From an uncultured bacterium (GTDB lineage: Bacteria > Armatimonadota > Abditibacteriia > Abditibacteriales > Abditibacteriaceae), in assembly GCA_963843795.1 (NCBI GenBank), contig CAWJLW010000006.1, positions 2,678,375 to 2,742,374 of the forward strand: a stretch of 64,000 nucleotides of DNA, given 5' to 3'. Shown piece after piece: positions 40,079-50,010 of this stretch; position 1 is the stretch's first letter, and every line of letters begins with the position of its first letter. The position numbers were made by a program, and so were the translations under genes. The notes beneath the pieces are model-generated. The model made no database searches, was not told where the DNA came from, and saw only the letters and a list, made by a program, of their open reading frames with translations.

Positions 40079-40313
40079 AATTGAAAAATTTGTGTCTCGA
40101 ATAAAGGTGCAAGTACTTGCATTGCGGTGCAAATCGGTGTAATCCATAAAGAGGTCAAAAAATTTACGCTGCAAGTTACTTGCAGTCATCTATCGGAATA
40201 CGCAACGTTTTTTTCGTTGTGCAAGCCATCGCAATCGGCGTCGTATCGAGCCGAACTTGCGATGGCTTTTCTGTTTTGCGTTCGCTTTAGTTTGTCACTG
40301 AACCTCAACGATT

Positions 40314-42056
40314 ATGGATGTTTACCGGAGATTATTCAACGAAGTGCGCGCCCATCCCGCTTTGGTGGCGGGCGCATTGGGCTTTAGTTTGTTGATGGCG
40401 GCCATGGAAATGGTGCCTTCGCTGCTCACGCAGCCGCTAATTGATGAAGCGCTCAAAAAGCAAAATGCCCGTTTGCTCACCTGGCTGGTTCTGGGCATTG
40501 TTGCCGCACAAATTTTACGCACCGGCACGCACTGGGCGCGCATGATTTGTACCGGTCGCCTGGCGCAAATGGTGTTGTATCAGATGCGCACCAAATTGTA
40601 TGAACATTTGCAAAAGCTTTCGCTTTCGTTTTATTCCAACCGGCGCACCGGCCAGATAATGAGCCGCGTCACTAATGATGTCAACGTATTGGAACAATTC
40701 ATCGTCGAGGGTTTGCGCGACATCATCGTTAACCTGTTCAAAGTCATCATCATTATGGGAATTCTGGTTTATACCAATCCCGAACTCGCTTTGATGACAT
40801 TGATTCCGACAATCCCCCTTGCGTGGGGCACGCGCACTTTTGGCGCGCATATCAAGGGCAAATACCGCACGATGCGGCGACGTTTGGCCGACATGAACTC
40901 GATTCTTTCCGATACGATTGCAGGTATTCAAGTGGTACAGGTTTTCGGTCAGGAAGAAGCCGAACTCGACAAATTTCGCAGCAAATCGAAAGACTTTTTG
41001 GATGCTGGTCTGGCCTCACAAAGTTTGCAGGCGATGTTTTATCCCAGCGTCGCTTTCGCTTTTGGCATCGGTCAGGCGATTGTGTGGATTTTTGGTGGGC
41101 GCGAAGTGATTCGCGGCGATTTGCAAGTCGGGGAACTGGTGATGTTTTCCGGTTTAGTGGCGCAGTTTTATGCGCCAGTGCAGGTGCTCTCGCAGATGAG
41201 CAACCTGTTCGCTTCGACTGCAGCCAGCGGCGAGCGCGTGTATGAAATTTTGGATTTGCAGCCCGATATTCGCAATGAAGAAACGCCGCGTGCGCTGCAA
41301 AATGTCGCCGGTGGCGTTTCTTTTGAAAACGTGACGTTTGGCTACGATGGCGGCGAACCGGCGTTGCGCGGTGTCACGCTCGAAGTTTTGCCCGGACAAA
41401 CCATCGGTCTGGTGGGGCCATCGGGTAGCGGCAAAAGTACTCTGGTATCGTTGATTTCGCGCTTTTACGATGCAACTGAGGGCGCAGTAAAAATCGACGG
41501 GCAGGACGTGCGCGAAGTCGATCTCAAAGATTTGCGCGCCAACATTTCCGTCGTTTTGCAGGAAGCTTATTTGTTTCACGGCACAATTCGCGACAACATC
41601 GCTTACGGACGCCCGAACGCGACATTTGAAGACGTTCTTTCGGCTTCAGTAGCCGCCAACTGTCACGAGTTCATCATGAAAATGAGCGACGGCTACGATA
41701 CGCACGTCGGCGAACGCGGCACTAAATTATCTGGCGGACAGCGCCAACGTTTGTCGATTGCGCGCGCGATTTTAGACGATCCACGCATTTTGATTCTGGA
41801 CGAAGCGACAAGCGCCGTCGATACCGAAAGCGAGGCCCTGATTCAGGAAGCGCTGGACAATCTGATGCGTGACCGCACCACAATCGCGATTGCTCATCGC
41901 TTGAGTACGGTGAAAAATGCCGATCAACTGGTCGTGATGGAAAATGGCCGCATCATCGAAAAAGGCACGCATGATGAACTGGTCGCCAACGAAGACAGTT
42001 TGTATAAACGATTGGTGGATCGACAAACACAGTTAAGCAGCGCGACGTTGGAATGA
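40314..42056 (+). CDS. ABC transporter permease/ATP-binding fusion (exporter)
   Basis: TM domain plus GPSGSGKS, LSGGQRQR, ILDEATS. Confidence 0.93.
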   Translation: MDVYRRLFNEVRAHPALVAGALGFSLLMAAMEMVPSLLTQPLIDEALKKQNARLLTWLVLGIVAAQILRTGTHWARMICTGRLAQMVLYQMRTKLYEHLQKLSLSFYSNRRTGQIMSRVTNDVNVLEQFIVEGLRDIIVNLFKVIIIMGILVYTNPELALMTLIPTIPLAWGTRTFGAHIKGKYRTMRRRLADMNSILSDTIAGIQVVQVFGQEEAELDKFRSKSKDFLDAGLASQSLQAMFYPSVAFAFGIGQAIVWIFGGREVIRGDLQVGELVMFSGLVAQFYAPVQVLSQMSNLFASTAASGERVYEILDLQPDIRNEETPRALQNVAGGVSFENVTFGYDGGEPALRGVTLEVLPGQTIGLVGPSGSGKSTLVSLISRFYDATEGAVKIDGQDVREVDLKDLRANISVVLQEAYLFHGTIRDNIAYGRPNATFEDVLSASVAANCHEFIMKMSDGYDTHVGERGTKLSGGQRQRLSIARAILDDPRILILDEATSAVDTESEALIQEALDNLMRDRTTIAIAHRLSTVKNADQLVVMENGRIIEKGTHDELVANEDSLYKRLVDRQTQLSSATLE

Positions 42057-42775
42057 AGCACAGCGCGCATCACGAGGCAAAAATGCAATATCTTTCACCC
42101 GAAACTATCAAAATCTGGCGCATCGAAGACGACACTTTGGTGATGAAAATTGAAGGTCGCAAATTGTTTCTCGGACCGCCGCGCCGCGCGCTGCCCATTA
42201 GCGACGCTGATCATTGGATTGTGCTCAACGATAGCGAAGGCAAAGAAATCGGAATTTTGCCTTCGCTGGACGGTTTGCCCGCAGAAGCGCGCGAATTGCT
42301 GAGCGCTGAACTCAAACGCGAATATACGCTGGAGCGTATCACCCGCATCATCAACGTCGAACGCGAACCGCTAACCGGACAAACCCACTGGCGCGTTGAA
42401 CTCGCGCCACCCGACGAGGAAAACGCCGACAACCTTATCGTTGAACCGGCACGCGGCAAAAACCTTTTAACGACCGATTTAAAAGCGTTGGTCAAAAGCT
42501 CCAACAGCAACGTTTCAAACGGCACTTCCAACGATGAAGAAAGCGAGAAAACGGGCAAGCTTTCGAAAGTGACAAGCCGAATCTTAAACCGCGACCGCAG
42601 CGACGAAGAACCGTCGCGCTTGGAACGCTTGTTCACGATTTCGGGACAGGAAGATGTTGCCGTCGCGCGCTATCCTCAAATTTTCATTGTCGACACCGAA
42701 CGCCGACGCTACGAAATTACCAATTGCGACAAGCTCGATTTAGAATCGCGCCGCGCCGCCGACCGCTTCTTTTAA
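42053..42775 (+). CDS. DUF1854-like protein
   Basis: RRALPIS...L.DSEGKEIG; IVDTERRRYEI....LD..SRR; coupled to the ABC exporter. Confidence 0.7.
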   Translation: MKHSAHHEAKMQYLSPETIKIWRIEDDTLVMKIEGRKLFLGPPRRALPISDADHWIVLNDSEGKEIGILPSLDGLPAEARELLSAELKREYTLERITRIINVEREPLTGQTHWRVELAPPDEENADNLIVEPARGKNLLTTDLKALVKSSNSNVSNGTSNDEESEKTGKLSKVTSRILNRDRSDEEPSRLERLFTISGQEDVAVARYPQIFIVDTERRRYEITNCDKLDLESRRAADRFF

Positions 42776-42799
42776 AGCGATGACTTTGCAACAACACAA

Positions 42800-42833
42800 A
42801 AAACGTCCCTGCAAGTACTTGCAGGGACGTTTT
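42800..42833. terminator. Terminator hairpin with palindrome core
   Basis: 34-bp perfect palindrome ending in a T tract after the operon. Confidence 0.78.
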
Positions 42834-42843
42834 GATTGAGATT

Positions 42844-42872
42844 TTGAGAAAAATTAGAAACAATGTTATAAT
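42844..42872 (+). promoter_or_regulatory. Sigma70-type promoter TTGAGA-N17-TATAAT with extended -10
   Basis: Direct match, TGtTATAAT, upstream of ATG 42965. Confidence 0.6.
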
Positions 42873-42964
42873 CAAATTCATTCCGCTACGAGCGCGACTT
42901 AGAAAATTCAGTGATTGTGCAGTTTCCAGCGTTGCGCTTGTGGCCAATTATCGAGGAGATTTCC

Positions 42965-43288
42965 ATGCCTTCCGCGAATTCGACATCTGCCACACCGACC
43001 GTCGCCAAACGCTCCAAAAGTTCCACCTCGACTGCCAAAGTCAGCACGCGCAAAACCGATGGTCTGGCGCACAGTGCACAGGCCACAGCTGCGCTTTTGG
43101 CCGAATCGCGCGCGCACTGCGGACAATGTGGTCGTGAACTGCGCCATGTGCCGTTTCTGCTGAAAAACATCATGTGCCGCGATTGTTACGGCCTGGATCG
43201 TTATCGTCGCACCGCGCCGAGTTCATGGAAACCCGAACAGCAGCGCGAAGTCTTGCTCTCCGATCAAAAAAGCGCTGGGGCCAAATAA
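42965..43288 (+). CDS. Small zinc-ribbon-like protein
   Basis: GAGGAG SD; CGQC...CRDC. Confidence 0.65.
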   Translation: MPSANSTSATPTVAKRSKSSTSTAKVSTRKTDGLAHSAQATAALLAESRAHCGQCGRELRHVPFLLKNIMCRDCYGLDRYRRTAPSSWKPEQQREVLLSDQKSAGAK

Positions 43289-43382
43289 ACCTAATCTGCC
43301 CCTTTTTACGACGGCGCTTTTTGGCGCCGTCGTTTTTTTGTATGTCGCTTTTGTATTTTGTCGATTTCGTCTCACCAAACTT

Positions 43383-44222
43383 ATGAAACCTATTTTCCGT
43401 TCTTGCATTGTCGCCGCACTTCCTTTTGTCGCTATCGGCTGTGGCACCGCGACTGGTAACACCGCAACCGCGCCCTCCGAAACCGCGACCGACACCAATG
43501 TCTCCAACATTTCCACGATCAATGCCGACGCCATCACCAGCACCAACGACGCTTCCACGCCAGACACGATGAACAGCGCAGCACCGGAAAGCCAAGTAAA
43601 GAGTAACGACACGATGGCTGAAAAACCAGCGGCCGATAACTCAAAAACTTATCGCAAGGCCGCGATGCCGCCGGGCGCGCCCGCCGATTATACCGCCGCG
43701 ATGAAAGCTGCTGCGGTGCCGATGCCGCCTAAAGATTTCAAGGTCGCCGACGCACCGCGCTTGAAAGTAACCACTAACAAAGGCAGCTTTACGCTTCAAC
43801 TCAACGCCAAAGAAGCGCCGCTTCACACCAAAAGTTTTGTTTATTTATCGAAACGCGGCTTCTACAATGGCACAGTTTTTCATCGCTTTGCCGATTTGAC
43901 CGGCACGGGTGGCAACATCATTCAAGGCGGCGATCCGCTGTCGAAAAAACCCGCCACCAAGCAGTATGCGGGCTTGGGCGGGCCGGGCTATGAAGTGCCG
44001 CGCGAAAAGAACAAGCTCACTCATGAAAAGCTCGTCATCGCGATGGCGCGTTCAAGCGATCCCGATTCGGCGGGCAGCCAGTTCTATATCACCCAAGCCG
44101 CCGTGCCGTTTTTGGATGAAGGCGATGGCTACACCGTTTTTGGCAAAGTCACTCAGGGCGCTGATGTCGCCATGAAATTACGTCAAGACGATAGCATCAA
44201 GACCATCGAACTGTTGAAATAA
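43383..44222 (+). CDS. Cyclophilin-type peptidyl-prolyl isomerase, lipoprotein
   Basis: Lipobox AIGC; FYNGTVFHR, IQGGDP, AMARS, SAGSQFYI, YTVFGKV. Confidence 0.92.
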   Translation: MKPIFRSCIVAALPFVAIGCGTATGNTATAPSETATDTNVSNISTINADAITSTNDASTPDTMNSAAPESQVKSNDTMAEKPAADNSKTYRKAAMPPGAPADYTAAMKAAAVPMPPKDFKVADAPRLKVTTNKGSFTLQLNAKEAPLHTKSFVYLSKRGFYNGTVFHRFADLTGTGGNIIQGGDPLSKKPATKQYAGLGGPGYEVPREKNKLTHEKLVIAMARSSDPDSAGSQFYITQAAVPFLDEGDGYTVFGKVTQGADVAMKLRQDDSIKTIELLK

Positions 44223-44228
44223 TCGTTT

Positions 44229-44273
44229 CAAAATGCCCTGCACGTAATTGCCACTTACTTGCAGGGCATTTTG
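44229..44273. terminator. Hairpin with perfect arms and a corrupted double core
   Basis: CAAAATGCCCTGCA-cgtaattgccacttact-TGCAGGGCATTTTG. Confidence 0.65.
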
Positions 44274-44288
44274 TGTTTTGCAATTTTT

Positions 44289-44561
44289 ATGTTTACAGTT
44301 CGTTTATATACGCGGCGCAGCTGTCGTTTGTGCGACACCACGCGCGCCGATTTGGAAGCCTTGCGTGACGAATTTTCGTTCGTGCTGCAAACTATCGATA
44401 TCGATAGCGATGAAGAGTTGAGCAAACGGTTCTGCTGCTCGATTCCCGTCGTCACCATCAATAATGGCCAACGCTTGGCCTTGCGTATCGATCAAACCCG
44501 CCTCCGGCGTGCCTTTGCTTTGGCACAAAAACGCCTCGACGACCAGTCCGCTTCGCCTTAA
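44289..44561 (+). CDS. Glutaredoxin-like protein (DUF836)
   Basis: LYTRRSCRLCD, IDID, IPVV. Confidence 0.78.
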   Translation: MFTVRLYTRRSCRLCDTTRADLEALRDEFSFVLQTIDIDSDEELSKRFCCSIPVVTINNGQRLALRIDQTRLRRAFALAQKRLDDQSASP

Positions 44562-44604
44562 TTTTTGCGCGGCAAGTACTTGCTGCGCGATGCTCATCGC
44601 CGCT

Positions 44605-45411
44605 ATGAAATTTATTCGTCCCCTGCTGTTTTTTGCCGTTCTCGTTTCCAGCACAACCTACGCCGCAGAAGACCCGACTCCAAACGCGGCAGCGCCCATA
44701 AACCGCGACGCGCCTTTGGCCACGCAAGCGCCGCCTGCCCAAGACGCGCAACTTGTGACAGAAGACATTTCCAGCGCTCCGACAACCTCTGATTCCGCGC
44801 CGCAAGTACTTGCCGATGATAAATCGCAGCCTTCAAAAGCCACGCCGCGTTCACCACGCGGCGAAACGGTGCGCGCGATGGCGCGGCGCTTGAAGTTGCC
44901 CTTGCCGCTTCCCAAAGCGCGCATCGAAATCTATAAATCGCTGCGCCGTCTGGATGTTTATAGCGGGCAGGTTTTGCTGAAAACTTATAGCGTTGCGTTA
45001 GGTTCGCAGCCGGTCGGTGCCAAACAGCATCAAGGCGATGGACGCACTCCCGAAGGCAGCTTTCGCATTTGCCGCCGCGATAACCTGACCTCGAACTTTC
45101 ATATTTTTCTGGGCTTGAGTTATCCTGAAGTGCCCGACGCCGAGCGCGGTTTGCGCAACAATCAGATCACGCCGCGCGAACACCAAGTCATTCGCAATCG
45201 GCTGGCGGCGCGCTCCGCACCACCGTGGCGTACTAATTTAGGCGGTTGGATTGGAATTCACGGCGGCACCGATGCGGCGTTTGCACAGAAATTGAAGCAG
45301 CAACGCAACTCGCCCGATTGGACAGCGGGCTGCATCGCATTGACCGACCGCGAAATCGAGGAGATTTACGCAGCAACCACAATGGGCACGCCTGTCAACG
45401 TTCATTCTTGA
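44605..45411 (+). CDS. L,D-transpeptidase (YkuD family)
   Basis: GDGRTPEG, LSYP, IGIHGG, WTAGCI; signal peptide. Confidence 0.88.
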   Translation: MKFIRPLLFFAVLVSSTTYAAEDPTPNAAAPINRDAPLATQAPPAQDAQLVTEDISSAPTTSDSAPQVLADDKSQPSKATPRSPRGETVRAMARRLKLPLPLPKARIEIYKSLRRLDVYSGQVLLKTYSVALGSQPVGAKQHQGDGRTPEGSFRICRRDNLTSNFHIFLGLSYPEVPDAERGLRNNQITPREHQVIRNRLAARSAPPWRTNLGGWIGIHGGTDAAFAQKLKQQRNSPDWTAGCIALTDREIEEIYAATTMGTPVNVHS

Positions 45412-45589
45412 TTATTGACAGAGCGCTTTTTATAATTTCAGCAGCAATATGTTTTTCTGCTTCAACTTATAAATATGTTTGAAAATTTGACGATTCGGGT
45501 ATAAATAAAGGCTTACACGTTTTCTAAGTAGTAAAATTTGGAATTCGATTGGCTCAATATCGGCCAGGCAAACTCAGGGAGACATCATC

Positions 45590-46393
45590 ATGAAAATTAA
45601 TTTCAAGTCAGAAACCGCGCGAGCGAGCGGTGAATCACCCAAAGCGGTGAAACGTGCATGGAGCACGCGCAACTGGCGTTTGCGCGCGTTCACGCTTATC
45701 GAACTTTTGGTCGTGATAGCGATCATAGCGATCCTCGCCGCAATTTTGTTTCCGGTTTTCGCCCGCGCTCGTGAAAACGCGCGTCGCGCGAGCTGCCAGA
45801 GCAACTTGAAGCAGATCGGATTGGGCGCATTGCAATATGTGCAAGATTACGATGAAACCTACAGTGGTAGCTTTCGCGACAATCCGAATACGGCACGCGT
45901 TTCTTATGCTGAAATGCTGCAGCCATACATTAAGAGCACGCAAATTTTCACTTGCCCCAGTGCTACTACCGGGCAGCGTTTGGACAATGATGGCATAAAC
46001 AATTGCGCAGCCAACCCGATCACCTGCAATGCCAACATTAGCTACGCTTACAACAGCATTACTGATCCTAACATCGGAAACGCCAACGGAGACCGCGCTA
46101 ACAACCCGGCTTCAGCCATTACCGATCCTGCAACGACAATTTTGTTGATGGATGGTCGCAACAGTTTTTACAACGTGTGGCGCACAGATGAAACCGACGT
46201 GAAGGGCAGCTTTTACGGCAGCAACTGGAACGGTAACAACACAGCTGGTGCGAACACACAAACCCCCACTCCTCGTCACTTGGAAGGCGCCAACTACCTG
46301 TGGTATGATGGACATGTCAAGTTTGGCAGAAGCTCACGCTACAGCAATGGTGGCCCTTATTACTGGTATATCGCCAAGCCGGCCACCCCGTAA
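45590..46393 (+). CDS. DUF1559-type prepilin protein with H-X9-DG motif
   Basis: [33 protein letters not shown]. Confidence 0.92.
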   Translation: MKINFKSETARASGESPKAVKRAWSTRNWRLRAFTLIELLVVIAIIAILAAILFPVFARARENARRASCQSNLKQIGLGALQYVQDYDETYSGSFRDNPNTARVSYAEMLQPYIKSTQIFTCPSATTGQRLDNDGINNCAANPITCNANISYAYNSITDPNIGNANGDRANNPASAITDPATTILLMDGRNSFYNVWRTDETDVKGSFYGSNWNGNNTAGANTQTPTPRHLEGANYLWYDGHVKFGRSSRYSNGGPYYWYIAKPATP

Positions 46394-46404
46394 TTTCAAA
46401 ACGC

Positions 46405-48114
46405 ATGAAGGTCATTTCCCATCCAAAGCGGACGGAAACCAATCACTCACTCGAAAACCGAGCAAAAAAGCGCCGTGCCCAGAGGGCGGCGCTTTTTTGC
46501 TCGGTGCTACTGGTGATGCTGGCAGGTTGGCTGTGGCTTGAAGTGTGGCCTCTGACAGTGCGACGCGAAGCGTATTTGCCCGAACTCGAAGCGATGACGC
46601 TCCGTTGGCCTTATGATGGGCCGCTGTTAAGTTTGACTGGCGCACGCCAAATCGACGCCCACGAATACGGCCCGGCCATAGAATCGTTGCGGCGGGCGGC
46701 AGCCGCCGGTGAAAACGATCCCGAAGTGTGGCTGAATATGGCCGCTGCATTTGATGCTCAGGGCGAGCGCGCTCAGGCTTTAGCCATGATGCGTCTGGCT
46801 TTGGAAGCCCAACCTAACAATGCTCAGTTACAGGCTGCCGTGGCGCGCATTGCCCAAATTCCAGTTCCGGCACCGGCTGGTGCGTTGGCTCCGGCTTTTG
46901 CGCCCAATGGACCGCAAGCCATCATCGACGCTAATACGCGGGGCAGCTTTCTTAATGGTCTGGCGCAATGGTGGGGACATCGCAACCCCGAACAAAGTGG
47001 CACTACCACACGCCGTTTGTGGGCAGCGCAGGAACCGCAAAATGCATTCGCGCAAAGGTTATGGGGACAGGCATTACTGCGCAATCGCCGTCCGCTCGCC
47101 GCTGCCGATGTGCTGCGTCATGCCATCGCTTTAGAGCCAGAAAATGACGATGCACATTTGAGTATGGCTACAGCACAGGAAGATTTAGGTCAAACCACAG
47201 CGGCTGCCCTGGAATATATCGAAGTGCTAAAAATTCAGCGCGATTCTTTGCCTGCATTGTTGGGTTTGGGGCGCGCGCTCCAAAAAGGTGGCCGCATTGG
47301 AAGCGCCGTGCGCAGCTTTCGACGCGCGACCAAAGTCGCGCCCGATTCGCTGGAAGCCTGGACAAGTCTGGGACGCGCCACTCAATTGAGCGGCGTAGGT
47401 TACGACCAATCGGTTGAAGCCTACGAAAAAGCGTTGCAACTGGCGCCGGATGACATGGAATTTCTCAATGATTACGCAATTTCGCTGGATCGCTTATCCA
47501 AACAGGAAAAGGCCGAAGCCGTTCTGCGCCAGCGCTTGAAAATCGCTCCCAACGACGCTTTGAGCCATTACTTGCTGGGCATGGTGTTGATGAACAGCAA
47601 TCCGACGCCCGAACGTATTGAGGAATCCGAAAAGCACACGCGCGAAGCCTTGCAATTGAATCCGGGCAACCCGCTCGCCAGCATTCAACTGGCACAATTG
47701 CTGTTTCAGCAAAATAAACAAAGCGATGAAGCACTGGCGCTCTTGAAAGACGCAACACAACGCGATCCTTTCAACCGCAACTCTCAATTGCTTCTGGCGG
47801 GGTTGTATCGACGCAGAGGCGAAAAAAAGCTGGCCGATCAGACTGCTGCTGCCGGCGCAGCGCTATTTAAAAATCAACAACTGATCGCTGACTTGGAAGA
47901 AAAAGAACGCGACGGCAAACTTCCAAATGCCGAGCGCCAACGCTTGATCAATTTGTATGTCAAAACCGGCCAAAACGATAAAGCCGAACGCCAGCGCCAA
48001 ATCATCGCGGTGCTCAAAACCAATCCCCAATCTACCGAGCACGAGCAACTCCAATTCAAGCAAGCCGTCGATGAAGTGCTGGGTAAACCGCAAAGCCCCA
48101 TCGAAGAAGATTGA
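46405..48114 (+). CDS. Membrane-anchored TPR protein
   Basis: N-terminal TM; repeated A..L.P TPR-type helix pairs. Confidence 0.85.
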   Translation: MKVISHPKRTETNHSLENRAKKRRAQRAALFCSVLLVMLAGWLWLEVWPLTVRREAYLPELEAMTLRWPYDGPLLSLTGARQIDAHEYGPAIESLRRAAAAGENDPEVWLNMAAAFDAQGERAQALAMMRLALEAQPNNAQLQAAVARIAQIPVPAPAGALAPAFAPNGPQAIIDANTRGSFLNGLAQWWGHRNPEQSGTTTRRLWAAQEPQNAFAQRLWGQALLRNRRPLAAADVLRHAIALEPENDDAHLSMATAQEDLGQTTAAALEYIEVLKIQRDSLPALLGLGRALQKGGRIGSAVRSFRRATKVAPDSLEAWTSLGRATQLSGVGYDQSVEAYEKALQLAPDDMEFLNDYAISLDRLSKQEKAEAVLRQRLKIAPNDALSHYLLGMVLMNSNPTPERIEESEKHTREALQLNPGNPLASIQLAQLLFQQNKQSDEALALLKDATQRDPFNRNSQLLLAGLYRRRGEKKLADQTAAAGAALFKNQQLIADLEEKERDGKLPNAERQRLINLYVKTGQNDKAERQRQIIAVLKTNPQSTEHEQLQFKQAVDEVLGKPQSPIEED

Positions 48115-48189
48115 GCCGTAAACTTCAACGAATTTTCAATCTTTCAAGGCTGCTGCAAGTACTTGCAGGGCGTTTTGCCCTATCTCGTT

Positions 48190-49947
48190 ATGCTGCAATT
48201 CTTCAAAAATTCGTCTGCTCACTGGATGTTCGTTTCTGCTGTCGGCTTTTGCTTGCCGATGATTTCCGGCTGTCAGCCCAAAGCGACCACGAGCAAAGCC
48301 AACACCGATCTGCAAAACGCAGCCACCCAAAGCCCAACAAAAACACCAACGCTGCCGGTTCATTTCGCCGAAGTTGCGGCGCAGGCCGGATTGAATTACG
48401 AGTGGAAAATCAAGGGTAAAAGACCTCTGAACATTTTGCAAACCATCGGCAACGGCTGCGCATTTCTCGATTATAATCGCGACGGCAACTTAGATGTTTT
48501 ACTAGTCGGTAACCAACCCGCGCTGTTTCGTGGCGATGGGCATGGGAAATTCGTCGAAGTCAGCGCCCAAAGCGGAATATCCAAACTATCGGCGCATTTT
48601 TTGGGCTGTGCTGTGGGCGACTACGATAACGATGGCTGGGCCGATATTTATCTTTCCGGCTATGGCACCGGCGTTTTGTTGCATAACGAGCGCGGACAAA
48701 AGTTTGCCAATGCGACGCCGTCTGCAATGAAACCTCAGCCTTGGGGCACTTCGTGCGCGTGGGGCGATGTGAACGGCGACGGAAAGCTCGATTTGTTTGT
48801 CAGCAATTATGTGCGCTTTGGGCCGGGAAAAGATATTCCGCAAATGTGCGAGTCGCACGGCGTGAAAGTGGCCTGCGGCCCGCGATTTTACAAGCCGATC
48901 AAAGGCGTGTTTTATCAAAATTTGGGCGCGGGTCGCTTCGTACGAAACGATGCGATGATAAACATGAGCAGCACGCACGGACGCGGTTTAGCCATCGCTT
49001 TTGCTCCGCTCGACGACAGTGGCCATCCCACTTTGGCGATGGCTAACGATGAACTTCCAGGTGATTTATTGGCTCCTGAGATCAAAAAAGGCACGGCCAA
49101 ACAGGGCGCACCAAATTATGAAAACATCGCTCTTGCGGCGGGCACGGCCTTCGACCGTGGCGGCAACGTGCACGGCGGCATGGGTGCCGATTGGGGCGAT
49201 TACGACAGTGACGGAAATTTAGATCTTTTCATCACAACTTACGAAGGCGAAAATAAATCGCTCTATCGCAACGAAGGCGAACAGATTTTCACCGATGCTT
49301 CTTATCAAACCGGAATTGCGGCTTCGAGCATGCCCAATGTGGCGTTCGGCTGTAAGTGGATCGATTACGATAACGATGGCTGGCTCGATTTAATTTTCAC
49401 CAGCGGTCACATTCAAAACAACGTGCGCGAACTTTATCCCACCGCTTCCTACCGGCAAAAAACTTTGCTGTTTCACAACAAAGGCGGTCAGCGTGTGATG
49501 TTTGAAAACGTCAGCGAATCCGCTGGACCAGCTTTTTCGCAATCAATTGTTGGACGTGGCTTGGCAAAAGGCGATTACGACAACGATGGCCGCGTCGATG
49601 TTCTGATTGTCGATAGCGAAGGTAAACCACTCTTACTGCACAACGAAACGACAAACGCCGGCAACTGGGCTGGCATTCAGTTGGTCGGCATTAAAAGTCC
49701 GCGCGATGGCCAAGGCGCACTGTTAACGGCAACAATTGGCGCGCAAAAACGCGTGAGCCATTGTCAGACCGGTGGCTCGTATCTTTCGGCTTCGGACGTG
49801 CGTGTGCATTTCGGGCTGGGAACTGCCGATAAAATCGACAACCTGACGATTCAATGGGCCAGTGGACAGCGCGATGTCATGAAAAATCTGCCCGCGAATC
49901 GTTATCTAATTATCGAAGAAGGCGGAAAATTGCTTAACAAAAAGTAA
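48190..49947 (+). CDS. CRTAC1 / ASPIC-UnbV family FG-GAP repeat protein, probable lipoprotein
   Basis: Repeated DYDNDG..D motifs; SYLS....HFGLG; ISGC lipobox. Confidence 0.9.
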   Translation: MLQFFKNSSAHWMFVSAVGFCLPMISGCQPKATTSKANTDLQNAATQSPTKTPTLPVHFAEVAAQAGLNYEWKIKGKRPLNILQTIGNGCAFLDYNRDGNLDVLLVGNQPALFRGDGHGKFVEVSAQSGISKLSAHFLGCAVGDYDNDGWADIYLSGYGTGVLLHNERGQKFANATPSAMKPQPWGTSCAWGDVNGDGKLDLFVSNYVRFGPGKDIPQMCESHGVKVACGPRFYKPIKGVFYQNLGAGRFVRNDAMINMSSTHGRGLAIAFAPLDDSGHPTLAMANDELPGDLLAPEIKKGTAKQGAPNYENIALAAGTAFDRGGNVHGGMGADWGDYDSDGNLDLFITTYEGENKSLYRNEGEQIFTDASYQTGIAASSMPNVAFGCKWIDYDNDGWLDLIFTSGHIQNNVRELYPTASYRQKTLLFHNKGGQRVMFENVSESAGPAFSQSIVGRGLAKGDYDNDGRVDVLIVDSEGKPLLLHNETTNAGNWAGIQLVGIKSPRDGQGALLTATIGAQKRVSHCQTGGSYLSASDVRVHFGLGTADKIDNLTIQWASGQRDVMKNLPANRYLIIEEGGKLLNKK

Positions 49948-49979
49948 TGCTGAGGTCGTTGTGAAATTTTATATGATTG

Positions 49980-50007
49980 AGCGTGTTGCAAGTACTTGCA
50001 ACACGCT
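49980..50007. terminator. Terminator hairpin with palindrome core
   Basis: 28-bp perfect palindrome followed by a T tract, between convergent genes. Confidence 0.75.
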
Positions 50008-50010
50008 TTT

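Noticed and set aside
45415..45436. TTGACA...TATAAT as a sigma70 promoter
   Set aside because: The spacer is only 10 nt.
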